This document shows, one piece after another, positions 40,701-52,349 of a stretch of DNA of 64,000 nucleotides. The DNA comes from Chiloscyllium plagiosum (taxonomy: Eukaryota). A program made the translations under genes and the position numbers. The notes beneath the pieces are model-generated. The model was not told the origin of the DNA and made no database searches. It saw only the letters and a list, made by a program, of their open reading frames with translations. Where the stretch lies: contig NC_057718.1 of NCBI RefSeq assembly GCF_004010195.1, positions 13,206,963 through 13,270,962 on the forward strand, given 5' to 3'. Each line of letters opens with the position of its first letter. The stretch's first letter is position 1.

Positions 40701-43221
40701 AACGCTAATATGAAGACAAAAGGAATATTACTCATTCACCTCCCATTGCCAAAATGTTGTGAAAAGGCGAACAGAACACCTTCATCAGAGAATTATCAAC
40801 CAAAGTTTATCTGCAATCAGTATGCTCTCTCTAATTCTTTGATCATAATAAACATTCCTACAAATTTGAGTAGACCCACACTAACTCACTCCTGAGCAAA
40901 TAATGAAAATTCACCGGGGAAATATCCATACTTATGAGAGTTACATTCTACAAAATTTGCAAGAATCCCCTTTGTTCCTGCAACGAAGGAAAACTTCTAG
41001 TCAGGCAAAAAAAAACCCCAGCCCTTTGCAGCATTGAGTGACTGTGGTGTAGTTCCGAACAGCTGAACAAATCCATCAATGTTAAATCCATGTTTAGGTT
41101 TTCAACCAAAGATTTCTCCTTTTCTAGAAAAGTCTCAATGGGCTATACAGTCTAATCCTGTTCCATGTTTACATTCATTTTTTGCTGCTCTACCTCGTAG
41201 AGTTCAGACTGATTCCACAAAGCTTCAAAAAGATGAACATTCCTCACACCACACACGTGTTTTTCAAATATCGTAAAGAAGTTGAGTATTGCTGAAAAAA
41301 ACGATAAAGTTTTTTTGGAAGGATTTCATTGATCAGAATGATTCACAAAACTACCAAAACACCAATCAGAACAAAAGAAATCAGCATTTGTTTTCCTGTA
41401 TGAGAGGAGTGTACTGATTGGTTGACAAGTGGATTCTGATTGAAAGCCTGATGGTTAACAGTCAATCATCATTAACTGTTGCATGCTCCATTACAACACC
41501 TCTTCTAAATCAGAACCCATTTTCCAAACAAGTAGTATTCTCCTTGTGTATTGGAGAAAATTAGCTGATATTCTTGCGAGTGGTCCTGATGAGTGCAAGC
41601 GGAAAGTTTTGACAGAATGTATCTTTTTTTCAGGCAAGAGCTTACCATCACAATCAGTTTGGTGTGGGGGTGGGGGTGTGGGGATGGGGGTGGGGTGGGG
41701 GGCAGGGCAGGGGCAGGGGGCAAAGGTCACACCATGTGGATGTTGGCGAAGCACCGGAGATTTTCCCGAATTGGCCAGTGAGCCAACAGCTCAGACATAG
41801 GAGGTGGTGATTAACTAATGCAGGAGGTGGCCTCCTCTCAATTTATTGAATTTCTGATAAAAACGTACAGATGCCGTCATGATGCAGTGAGTGGGGAACT
41901 CTTTTGATAGGGAGGACAGGCTGGAGCTGAAGCCAGGCGGGAATGAGTGGTCCCAAGATGTCTCGGGAATGCTGGGCTCCTCACGTGGCCTCCAACAACA
42001 GCTCCTTAATTTGGCAAAGTCACTACCAGCTAATTACGTTTGGGTACTGCCCCCTTCCACCCTCATTCACCTCAACCACTCCCCTTGCTGCCTCCAGGAA
42101 TTGCCCCAGGAGTGGCACTGTGTTGGTAAACCAGCCTCTGGTGCAAAACCTTTGCACCTGCCTGTCTCAGTCTCTAACCCCTCCCTGTGCTGAGCATTGA
42201 AGAGCTATTCACCTGTGAAAGGCAGCATCACAACTGATTTCCCATCTGCCCCAATTGGTCAGTTTCTACTGGGAGTCACTGGTGCAGCACAAACTATTCT
42301 GAATTTCTCTGCTTCAATGCCCAGGAGTACTGAGGGCAACTGTAGAACCTTTGTCGTCAGGTTTTGAGCAGATTAACTTTGAGGCTTTCATGAAGAATGC
42401 CAGGAATGTCCACTCTGTATCTCAAATCCAAAGTGCGGTTATTAAAGACATGTGTGATAAAAGAGTGGCGCCTGATTCAATAAAGCCATTATTTGTCTGT
42501 ATCACAAATCAAACAAAGATTAGTTAACTGATGCTGGGTAAGTTTTAGACCATGAAGATCATTCCACACAAGTTACAGGGCATTAAGCTCTGTACATTAG
42601 TGACTCAAGCTGCAGGAATTCAATGAAATCAGAAGCATTAGGTATGTGACAGACCTTTGTGCTTTAGATTGGAATTTATATCGATACTGAAATCTTTATC
42701 TACAGAACACCCCTGCTACACACTTTCTACAAACTATTGCCAACTGGAATTGAAAACAGTTGGATTTGCAGCTGCAATTTTTTATCAGAAGTAAACCACC
42801 AATATGAGGATTTCAATCTTTTTCAAAAAAGTGTTTTGAAAAAGGAAGGATTAAAAGGTTTTAACGAAATAGTTAGATGACACAGAGTGGGAGAAGGCTC
42901 ATAAACCTTTTGGGCTGATCAAATGTTTTCATCTGCACAATTCCTTGTAAATAAATGAAATTCACAGCTCTAGGGAATGCAGAAAATGATCAGATTTCAC
43001 CAAAGGTGCTGTTGCCAGAGGGTCCAATCCAACTGGAATCTGAGCAACCTAACCTCAGCGGGAGTCACAGGTGTTGGCATTGTGGTTGGTAGAACAGGCA
43101 CAAACTGCTTGCATGTTATTCTTGGAAAAAAAACTTGTTTTCTCACTCTCTGAAACATCTAAATGCAGTGATTGTAATCAGCTATAAGGGAAACATTTCA
43201 AGGATGTAAAGCCAACACAAT

Positions 43222-43399
43222 AGAAATCAGAAACAAAAACAGAAATTGCTGGAAAAACTCAGCAGGTATGGCATTATTTGTAGAGAGAAATCAGAGTTAA
43301 TGTTTTGGGGCCAGTGACCCTTCCTGTGTTAACTCTGTTTTCTCTTTACAGTTGTACCAGGCCTGCTGAGTTTCTCCAGCAATTTCTGTTTTGTTTGTG
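43222..43399. mobile_element. Fold-back Penelope terminal element (family B)
   Basis: Inverted arms aaacagaaattgctggaaaaactcagcagg / cctgctgagtttctccagcaatttctgttt; possible TSD acacaat (43215-43221, 43400-43406). Confidence 0.8.
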
Positions 43400-43779
43400 A
43401 CACAATCATTCTCATCAAACTTTCTAATGTGTTCATTCAGATTAAACATCATTTCATGCTGAAGGAATACAAGTCACCTTTAATGGAATACAATGTAAAA
43501 TGCAGATAAGTGTCATTGATCCTCCAAGGGTAAAAAAATATGTACATGCATAATTAAAGCATTATACGTAATGTACCAGGATGTACCCAGCAGTGTACAC
43601 TACAGACAGAACACCTGACTGGAGTACGCATTGTTCCTCAATACCAAAGACACTCAGTCAGTGCACATGCAGCAAAGGTTAACGTTATCCCATATATGGT
43701 TCCCTCTAACTTCAACACATGCTGCAAAATTCAAAAAGAAAACAGCCTGGCATCAGTCTAGTTGATCACTTACACTATA

Positions 43780-43925
43780 CAAAATAAAACAAAGTACTGT
43801 GGATGCAGGAAATCAGAAACAAAAACAGAAATTGCTGGAGAAATTCAGCAGGTTTGGCAGCAACTGTGGAGCGAAAACAAACTGAACATTTTTTTGGGGT
43901 CCAGTGAACTTTATTCAGGACCCTT
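43780..43925 (-). mobile_element. Penelope terminal element (family B)
   Basis: Homologous to 43222-43320 and 32055-32190; decayed core cctgaataaagttcactggacccc on minus strand. Confidence 0.75.
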
Positions 43926-44584
43926 CTGATCACACCACTCAAGAAGTAGAAAAGAAAAGTTAACTAGTCAAGAATAAAATGAAGTCACCATTACTGGTCT
44001 CTCATTCAGAATAATGTAACTGAACCTGGTGTTGTGTGATTTTTAATAATGTAACTGAAACAGTGATAAAACATGATAAATTTGAGAACCCATTTTCTGC
44101 TCAAGCTACCAGACTACCACTTCAATAGATTTGGCACAGGATGTTGTATTAAGGCAGACAGGAGTCCGAAATGCACTCACTGATCTGTGCTGAATGTGCA
44201 GTGACCCACAATGAGATGGGTAAGGAAGAGAGAGGAAGAAGCTGGTGTGGCATCTCAGTGACCCTTGTCTTCGATGGAAGGAAAGCAAAATTAACAAGGC
44301 TTTCCATTCCAAAACCTAATGATCTCTTCTGAAAAGTACACCATGGCTTGCGAGCATTTGGCAGCAAATAGACAAATAACGTGCTGAGATTTTCTTTTCA
44401 AACTTGCACATGATGAGCAGCAACTTGGGTAAGGTAGTGAACATCGCCATTCCTGTACTTTAGCAGCAGTTTCCACTCCTCATGGAACAGACGGTATCCC
44501 TCATATTGCCTACAGTGTTCTTGACCAAACCTACATCATTCAGGTAAATACGGTAGAATAATTTCACCTGCTCACTTTGACAAG

Positions 44585-44700
44585 GCCTCAAGCGCTGCAA
44601 TGGTAGTGTCCATACTTATGGACCAGGAGGCATAGGTTCAAGTCCCACCCACTCCAGAGTTGGGTAATGACATCTCTGAACAGACTGATTGGGAAGTATC
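44585..44700 (+). mobile_element. Short tRNA-derived SINE (reverse copy at ~30040-30130)
   Basis: gcaatggtagtgtcc A-box-like, ggttcaagtccc B-box. Confidence 0.6.
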
Positions 44701-44919
44701 TGCTAACTTTGACCGTTTTTAGGAAGTCATGGTGAAGGAACATGTTCCTGCTACTTTCCAAGTCAGTGTGGTGAATATGGTTTTAATTAAAGCCAGTAGG
44801 TGCTATAGGAAACGGCCCTCCAAATCCAGTTGAATCCATACTTTCAAGGGGGAAAGGACTGGCCAAGATAAATGAAGGAAGAAAAACAAAACCATTCAGG
44901 AGCCCTCCAAAGAAACACG

Positions 44920-45680
44920 TCTCAGTCTGTTTGGCAATGAGCACATGAGGTGGTACATTTGGAAGGAAAATTACAGATGGAAATTATACAGTGAACGGCA
45001 GAACCCTTAGGAGTATTGATATGCAGAGGGATCTGGGTGTGCAGGTCCATAGGTGGCAGAGCTGATAGATGAGATAGTAAAAAAGGCTTATAGCAGGCTT
45101 GCCTTCATTGAAAGGGGCATCGAGTATAAGAATAGACTATTTATGCTGCAGCTTTATCGAACTTCAGTTAGGCCACACTTGGAATATTGCATACAGTTCT
45201 GGTCACCACACTATCAGAAAGATGTGGATTTTTTGGAGAGGGCACTCAAAAGATTTAACAGGATGTTACCTGTTTTGGGGGATTTTAGCAAAGGTTGGAT
45301 AGACTGGGTTTGTTTTCATTGAAACCCCAGGAGGTTGAGTGGTGACCTGACAGATGTTTATAAGATTGTGAATGGCATGGATAGAGTGAAAAGTATGAGG
45401 CTTTTTCCCAGGGTAGAAAGGTCAATTACTAGGGGACACAAGTTCAAGGTGCGGGAGCCGGTGTGTGTGTGTGTGGGGGGGGGAATGTTTAAAAGAGAAG
45501 TGTGAGACAAGGTTTTCACACAAAGGCTGGTGAGTGGCCTGGAATGCATTCCCAGCAGAGGTGGTAGAAGCAAATGGAATAGGAGCATGCAAGAAACACC
45601 TGGATGAATTCATGAATAGGAAGGGAAAAGAGGGATACGGACCCTGTAAATGAAGACAATTTTAGTATGGAAGGGCAAGA
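44920..45680 (+). mobile_element. CR1 LINE fragment with internal (TG)n/G-run
   Basis: ORF 45053..45322 VRPHLEYCIQFWSPHYQKD. Confidence 0.88.
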
Positions 45681-45969
45681 GGTAGAGAGCCTTAGGAACT
45701 AACAACTAGAAAGAAGTTGCAAAGTACCAAGGTGGACTTTGAAGCAGTTTCCCTTACTCCGGGGCAGCCTCTCTGGCTGCCTCCAAAAACAATTGGCTCA
45801 ATTCCATCCTGCATCAACATAATGGAGTCAAAATTGTGGAATTCAAGATCCCCATTTCTGACCCCCATTTGACGGGTTCCTGAGACTGGCATGACAATCT
45901 AGTCCAGGGGGGTTACCCAAAAACCTAAACAAGTTACAATGTTAGTTCATGGATCACTGGACCTAAAAT

Positions 45970-46938
45970 GCCAGACCTATGTACTTTGAGCACTAAGTCC
46001 ATTCCTAGTTATTCAGAAAGGAGAGTCAAGTGAGAAGAGGCGGTGCTATAAGATTGCTTCTGGTTTATTAAAGAAACGTACTTTGCCTGGCAAAGTAGCA
46101 GCCTAAGTAACATACATTTTGTAAAGAAGACATTAACTCTGCTTTCCCTCCACAGATGCTGTGAGAGCTGCTGAATTTCTCCAGTAATTTCTGTCTTTGT
46201 TTCAGATTTCCAGAATCCGGAGTTTTCTCTCTCGTACCATGTCCGATACACGCAGAACAAACAACACAAATGGAATTCCAAAACAGGAGACTATTTTAAG
46301 TTAAAATCCCCTTTCACAAAATTATTTCAATAATAGGGAACAGGCCCCAAAATGCACACTAAAATAAAAGGAAGTTATTCTTTGCAGACTCTTAACTGTA
46401 AAAGATGTCTTACATTCTCATAATAACCTAACAATTCTGATGAATATGTGGCAATCACCTGAAACAGTCAGTGAAATTTAAGGGATCCAGGTTACTGAAT
46501 CAGTCTTTACAATGTTCGTACAGAGACCATTTGGTACACATACTTCCTCCATTCAACCACCATCCAGCTGTCCTTTGGAGTCCAATCTGCCTGGAGATTC
46601 ATTCCAAAATATTGATCACTTGAAACTGACAAGTTCTGAAAGGGGGATGAAACAAAATGTAGTTATAACTGAAATGTTTGCAGGGCTCTGGGAAAGGTGC
46701 AGGGTATGGGTTGAATTAGATAGCTGTGTGGTCCCTTTCTGTGCTCTAAGATTTCATGATACTACTTTTGTCTTCTTTACAATATGTATGTTATTTAGGC
46801 TGCTACTTTGCCAGGCAAAGTACGCTTCTCCTAATAAACCAGAAGCAATCTTATAGCACCATCTCTTCTCACTCGACTCTCCTTTCTGTTCCTGAATAAC
46901 TAGGAATGGATTTAGTGCTCAAAATACACAGGTCTGGC
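45970..46938. repeat. ~165-bp inverted repeat pair (45970-46132 / 46769-46938)
   Basis: Arms are reverse complements with scattered mismatches and one small indel; each has the internal palindrome tactttgcc-N-ggcaaagta. Confidence 0.92.
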
Positions 46939-49354
46939 TAGGCTGCGAAACAGTTCGGTGAGGATTTCCTCCAACTTGTAGTTTGCTCTCTTGGTTATAT
47001 TGTTTGACATTCTTTTGCCTTGTTGATTGTGGCACTACATTGGTTGTGTATGTGGAGCCCACTTAGACATCTTTCTAAGCTGTGTCAGCACTAGGCATAA
47101 AGTAAGTGCTGCCATTTTAACAATAGTGGTTGAATGTGGATTGACCAACTGCATGGAGTAGTTCACTTAAAACAGGAAAGCACATTATAATGATTGAAGC
47201 AGACATGACAGCAGAACAAAGATTGCTACACGCGTGGCTAGCAGACTAACTAGCAGACAGAGTATCAACACTGTATATGTACTAATCCTAACCCTCAACA
47301 ATAATCTCTCTTAAAGGCAAGGTACATCTACAATGTGCGCATAGCCTATATTCCTTCCCATGCAGATTAAATTCCACTGCCCTCCAAGTTTGGTTCCCAA
47401 AGAATACCCAATTTGCATTGTCTTAGACTTATTGATACAATATTAAGTGATGTGGATTTCCACAGCATTGAGAGAAAGAGAAATATTTGTGAAGAGATGC
47501 TGAAAATCACTGAATACTGTAATGGATGAGGATGAAGTCAGTTATTCTAGTATTAAGCTGACAAAACATAATCAAGGATAGACATGCTGGATTCAATTTA
47601 TTGTTAATTTTTATTATCTAGGTGACAGGAGAAAATTAATAATTAATAAAAATTAATGTATCTGTCCTACATCTTGGATCACTGTAAAATACTCTCACAT
47701 CTACGTCCCAAGCCATCACAATTGTAAACAGTATGAAACCACTCTATTATCTTTTTAATTCTGAGGTAAAGAGCCCCAATTTCTCAGGTTTGTCTTTGTG
47801 GCTCCATTTCCCTTCATCAGTGGAGTCCGAAGGAAACTGTGGAATTTCAGAATGTGACAGAAGCTCTAACCCCCCATAAAGCTCCATCATATCCTGCTCT
47901 CCACTACCTCCAGGTTTCAGCATTTTCACTTCATTCATTGCATGTGTACTTTGCGGCTGCCATATTTGCAATGTTATCTCAGGCCAAAGTGTAAAAGCTT
48001 CCTATACCTTTTCCCAGACCACTCCTTCCTCCCTCCTCCCCAAGAAACTCCCCGCCCCACTGAATATGAGAATCTTTAAGTTCTCTCAATGTCTCACACT
48101 TCAGTCACCAGCCTCAGCAGCAAAAGCAGGTGGTCCTGTACAGGAGGCCCAGTGTTAGCTGGAGGTTTTGCTTTTAAATCCAGCAAAGGTAAAAAGGTTC
48201 AGCTCTTGACCCACACAGGTCAGGAAGGGATGAGGGCAATTGTATCATGTTTGCTCATCTCAGCAGTGACAGTAACAGGAGCACTCCAATTACCCCCGTG
48301 CCCCCCTCCCCCCCCAGTGAGGAAGAGCCTTGTTATGAAAGGAACCACAAAAAGATTTCCACACCTGATCACTGCCCAGTGACCCTTTGTTGCAACATCA
48401 AGTTGTCATATGCAGAGATGAACAGTGGCAGCTGTAAGGTTACCTCCACTTGTTAAATCTCCCGTAGTTTGCAAATTGTTTCTCCTGTCACTGTGACTAA
48501 CCATTGGTGACACCAATCTTCAGGTTCATTTGAGGATGGATCACCTTGGCGAAGGATAGCTGAAAGTCCAAGGTTAAGACAGTGTCTGCAGGAAAAATCT
48601 GATAAGAGAATGGTTTAATTCCTCCCTGACCATTTTGAGATGCCTCAGAGACTTGGGAGTGAATTAATCTGATGAGTACAAGGTGGTATCCAGGCAAGTT
48701 AAAGCTCAGAGATTAGCTGGCAGCCTAGCAACTCTACAGTTGGCACTTGTGTGTATGATAGAATTACACACTCACACAATCTGTGGTCTGAAAATGAAAA
48801 CACCAGCCTAATCTGAAAATTCCAGAAACAATATCGACATGAGTTTCTAAAATTATAGCAAAAAGCACGAAGCCTTTCAGTAAACATAAGTCACGTGAAA
48901 TATTCATATTGTGTATCTTTCAATCCTGATAAATACACCCAAGAGATTCTCTCTTTCTCATTAACTTGCTTCAAGTTTTAATACCAGCCAAGAAGGTGTT
49001 CTGTGTTTAGAAATCCTTCTTTGATATTTAAAAAAAAAGTCTTGAAAGACCTATATGAAATTCCAACATTTAAAAGGGATCTGGTGTAAGTTTGGGAAAG
49101 GTTGAGAAGGATATGAGCCAAATCCTGGCAAATGGGACTAGGCCAGATTGGGGTATCTGGTCAGCATGGATAAGATGGATTGAAGGGTCTGTTTCCATGC
49201 TGGATGACTCTATGACTGGAATATCCTAAGATATCACGGCGCTGCCACAGCCATTTGTTGCAATTTGGGAAGTGTAGCATCTAGTTTGTGCATCGCAAGG
49301 TTCCAAAAGCAAAGTTTTAACAACACGATAATCATTTTTTTATGAAAGTAGTAT

Positions 49355-50030
49355 TGTTTGAGGAATAAATATTGGCTAGGACCCAATTGAATATTCCCCT
49401 GACTCTCTTTGGAACAGTACCATCAGACCTTTAACATCTAGCTGACAGTGCAGAAGTGCTCTTGTTATAATGTCCCCTCTAAAACATGACACTTCTATCA
49501 GTGCAGTGCTCTCTCGATATTGACCCTCCGACAGTGCGGCGCTCCCTCAGTATGGACCCTCAGACAGTGCAGCACTCCCTCAGCACTGACTCTCTGACAG
49601 TGCGGCACTCCCTCAGTACTGACCCTCCAAAAGTGCGGCACTCCCTCAGTATGGATGTGGTGCTGGCTCGAATGGCTGAATGGCCTACTCCTGCATCTAC
49701 TGTCTATTGTCTATTGGACCATGCAGCGCTCCCTCAGCACTGACCTTCCAACAGTGTGGCGCTCCCTCAGTACTGACTCTCCGACAGGGGGGGAGATCTC
49801 CCTCAGTAGTGCACTGAAACACCAGCCTGGAGTATTGTGCTCAGGTCTCTGGCATGAGTCAGATGTAAGATTGCAGTGAGATCTTGGACATCTACTTGAG
49901 AGGGCAAGATGGTGCCTTGGCCTAGCATCCTGTCTGAGGGAAGGCATCTCCAACAATCCAGCACACTGTGTGTAGTGCACTGTACTGGGAGATTCAGCCT
50001 GGATTAGGGGCTCAGGTCTCTGATGTGTAG
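49355..50030 (-). mobile_element. SacSINE1/DeuSINE-like SINE(s) containing a 33-bp minisatellite
   Basis: Reverse complement of gaggaataaatattggc...cagtgcagcactccctcagtactgcactg...cagcctggagtattgtgctcaggtctctgg; second partial copy 49880-50030. Confidence 0.65.
49499..49815 (+). repeat. 33-bp tandem repeat, ~8 units (cagtgcggcactccctcagtactgaccctccga)
   Basis: Head-to-tail units read directly; interrupted at ~49656-49716. Confidence 0.92.
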
Positions 50031-50126
50031 GTGATACCTACTAACCCATTAGCAACGGTGCGAGAAACCCAAGGAATCTATGTACATAAAGCAACACACC
50101 ATGTAAGCCTGGTGACAGCGATAAAT

Positions 50127-50369
50127 CAACTAGGAGAAAGTGAGGATTGCAGATGCTGGAGATCAGAGCTGAAAAATGTGTTGCTGGAAAAGCACAGCAG
50201 GTCAGGCAGCATCCAAGGAGCAGGAGAATCGACGTTTCTGGCATAAGCCCTTCTTCAGGAATCCTGAAGCCCTTTCCTGAAGAAGGGCTTATGCCCGAAA
50301 TGTCGATTCTCCTGCTCCTTGGATGCTGCCTGACCTGCTGCGCTTTTCCAGCAACACATTTTTCAGCTC
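50127..50369. mobile_element. Young fold-back Penelope terminal element (family A), hammerhead cores on both strands, 14-bp TSD
   Basis: tgacagcgataaat at 50113-50126 and 50370-50383; ~100-bp near-perfect inverted arms. Confidence 0.92.
50273..50310 (+). ncRNA. Minimal type I hammerhead ribozyme motif (Penelope-associated)
   Basis: CTGAAGA-A-GGGC-TTAT-GCCC-GAAA-T-GTC^GATT; mirror copy on minus strand 50225-50263 (CTGAAGA-A-GGGC-TTAT-GCCA-GAAAC-GTC^GATTC). Activity untested. Confidence 0.75.
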
Positions 50370-50799
50370 TGACAGCGATAAATGGATGTTTCTGATGACT
50401 CCCTGCCCCCATCCCAAACCAGACAGCCAGCAATGCAGTCAGCTGGAGTACTGAGGGTAACCTGAGTATGGAAAACTCGTAACCTGCTCATTTAATCTGC
50501 CAACAGGAAGACAGCTGTGTGCTCTAATTAAAGTGATCACATAAGGGAGCTCAATTGGTCTCCTCCCCACCACCAGCACAACCACTTATTTCTTCAGCAC
50601 TGCTGCCTAGCAGTTTGTAGGAACACAGGGAGAAATAAACATCATTCAAATCAAAACCACTTCCTTTTGAAAGGAAGGAGAAAAACTTTGGAAAGGAGAT
50701 GTGCAGCTTTGGACAAGACACAACCATGTTGATGAAGACTCCCAAGATACCGCAGGTGAATAAACTGGTTGAACAATGCTTTGAGGCATGTCTCCTTTT

Positions 50800-51540
50800 A
50801 TAGAACATAGAACATAGAAAAATACAGCGCAGTACAGGCCCTTTGGCCCTCGATGTTGCGCTGATCCAAGCCCACCTAACCTACACTAGCCCACTATCCT
50901 CCATATGCCTATCCAATGCCCGTTTAAATGCCCATAAAGAGGGAGAGTCCACCACTGCTACTGGCAGGGCATACCATGAACTCATGACTCGCTGAGTAAA
51001 GAATCTACCCTTAACATCTGTCCTATACCTACCACCCCTTAATTTAAAGCTATGCCCCCTCGTAATAGCTGACTCCATACGTGGAAAAAGGTTCTCATGG
51101 TCAACCCTATCTAAACCCCTAATCATCTTGTACACCTCTATCAAGTCACCCCTAAACCTTCTTTTCTCCAATGAAAACAGCCCCAAGTGCCTCAGCCTTT
51201 CCTCATACGATCTTCCTACCATACCAGGCAACATCCTGGTAAACATCCTCTGCACCCGTTCCAGTGCCTCCACATCCTTCCTATAATATGGCGACCAAAA
51301 CTGCACACAATACTCCAGATGCGGCCGCACCAGAGTCTTATACAACTGCAACATGACCTCAGTACTCCAGAACTCAATTCCTCTACCAATAAAAGCCAGT
51401 ACGCCATATGCCTTCTTCACCACACTATTTACCTGGGTGGCAACTTCCAAAGATCTGTGTACATGGACACCAAGATCCCTCTGCTCATCCACACTACCAA
51501 GTATCCGACCATTAGCACAGTACCCCATCTTTTTGTTACT
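50800..51540 (-). mobile_element. Young CR1 LINE 3' end, open frame
   Basis: Uninterrupted CR1 C-terminal peptide in ORF 50881..51633 (RDLGVHVH, LVRPHLEYCVQFWSP, FFTQRV); (atagaac)n tail. Confidence 0.95.
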
Positions 51541-51693
51541 CTGATGCTGCCAGGCTTGCTGAGATTTTCCAGCATTTTCTCTTTTCGGTTTCAGATTCCA
51601 ACATCCGCGGTAATTTGCTTTTACGCATTTCAATTTTGATGTTTTATTAAGATTTCAGAGAATATTAGAACTTGAGGCTGAGCTGTTTAAGTT

Positions 51694-52163
51694 CTTTTCG
51701 TATTTTTTGCAGTAGTCTACCATGGGGAACCTTATCAAACGCCTTACTAAAATCCATATACACCACATCTACCGCTTTACCCTCGTCCACCTCCTTAGTC
51801 ACCTTCTCAAAGAATTCAATAAGGTTTGTGAGGCACGACTTGCCCTTCACAAAACCATGCTGACTATCCTTGATCACATTATTCCTATCCAGATGTTCAT
51901 AAATCCTATCCCTTACAATTCTCTCTAAGACTTTGCCCACAACAGAAGTGAGACTCACCGGCCTATAGTTACTAGGGTTATCCCTACTCCCCTTCTTGAA
52001 CAAGGGAACCACATTTGCTATCCTCCAGTCTACTGGCAGTATTCCTGTAGACAACGAGGACATAAAAATCAAGGCAAATGGCTTTGCAATCTCCTCCCTT
52101 GCTTCCCAGAGAATCCTAGGATAAATGCCATCAGGCCCAGGGGACTTATCTATTTTCACCCTT
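51694..52163 (-). mobile_element. Young CR1 RT N-terminal segment, open frame
   Basis: KSPGPDGIYPRIL...WRIANVVPLFKKG...NYRPVSLTS...QHGFVKGKSCLTNL...DFSKAFDKVPH in ORF 51665..52249. Confidence 0.95.
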
Positions 52164-52349
52164 ATTGTGTATATTGTGTGTTCTTCCCTTTCCCGACATT
52201 CCCAGCGGTAGGAATTGTGATTCCTGTAGCTCAAACATGGTGTGTTCAAATGGGGCTTTCAGCAGCCCAGTTTCCCCTGGTCAAAAGATGCAGACAGGTT
52301 TGTGGATGGCACAGGAACAACTCTGCTCCAATTTGGAGATACTGGCATG

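Noticed and set aside
44106..44520. Overlapping minus-strand ORFs as an upstream coding exon or separate gene
   Set aside because: No recognisable domain, stops in each frame, no convincing splice pair.
45970..46938. Whole interval as one DNA transposon with 165-bp TIRs
   Set aside because: No TSD seen, interior is unrelated mixed sequence, and the left arm sits inside a split PLE terminus; treated as an inverted duplication instead.
49499..49815. 33-bp periodic array resembling a CRISPR array
   Set aside because: Units are contiguous with no unique spacers, no cas genes, vertebrate context; it is a SINE-derived minisatellite.
50041..50433. Mirror ORFs on both strands with repeated peptides
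   Set aside because: Consequence of the palindromic PLE element, not coding.
50881..52249. 250-aa and 194-aa ORFs as host genes
   Set aside because: CR1 ORF2 pieces with fortuitous starts; RT catalytic core missing.
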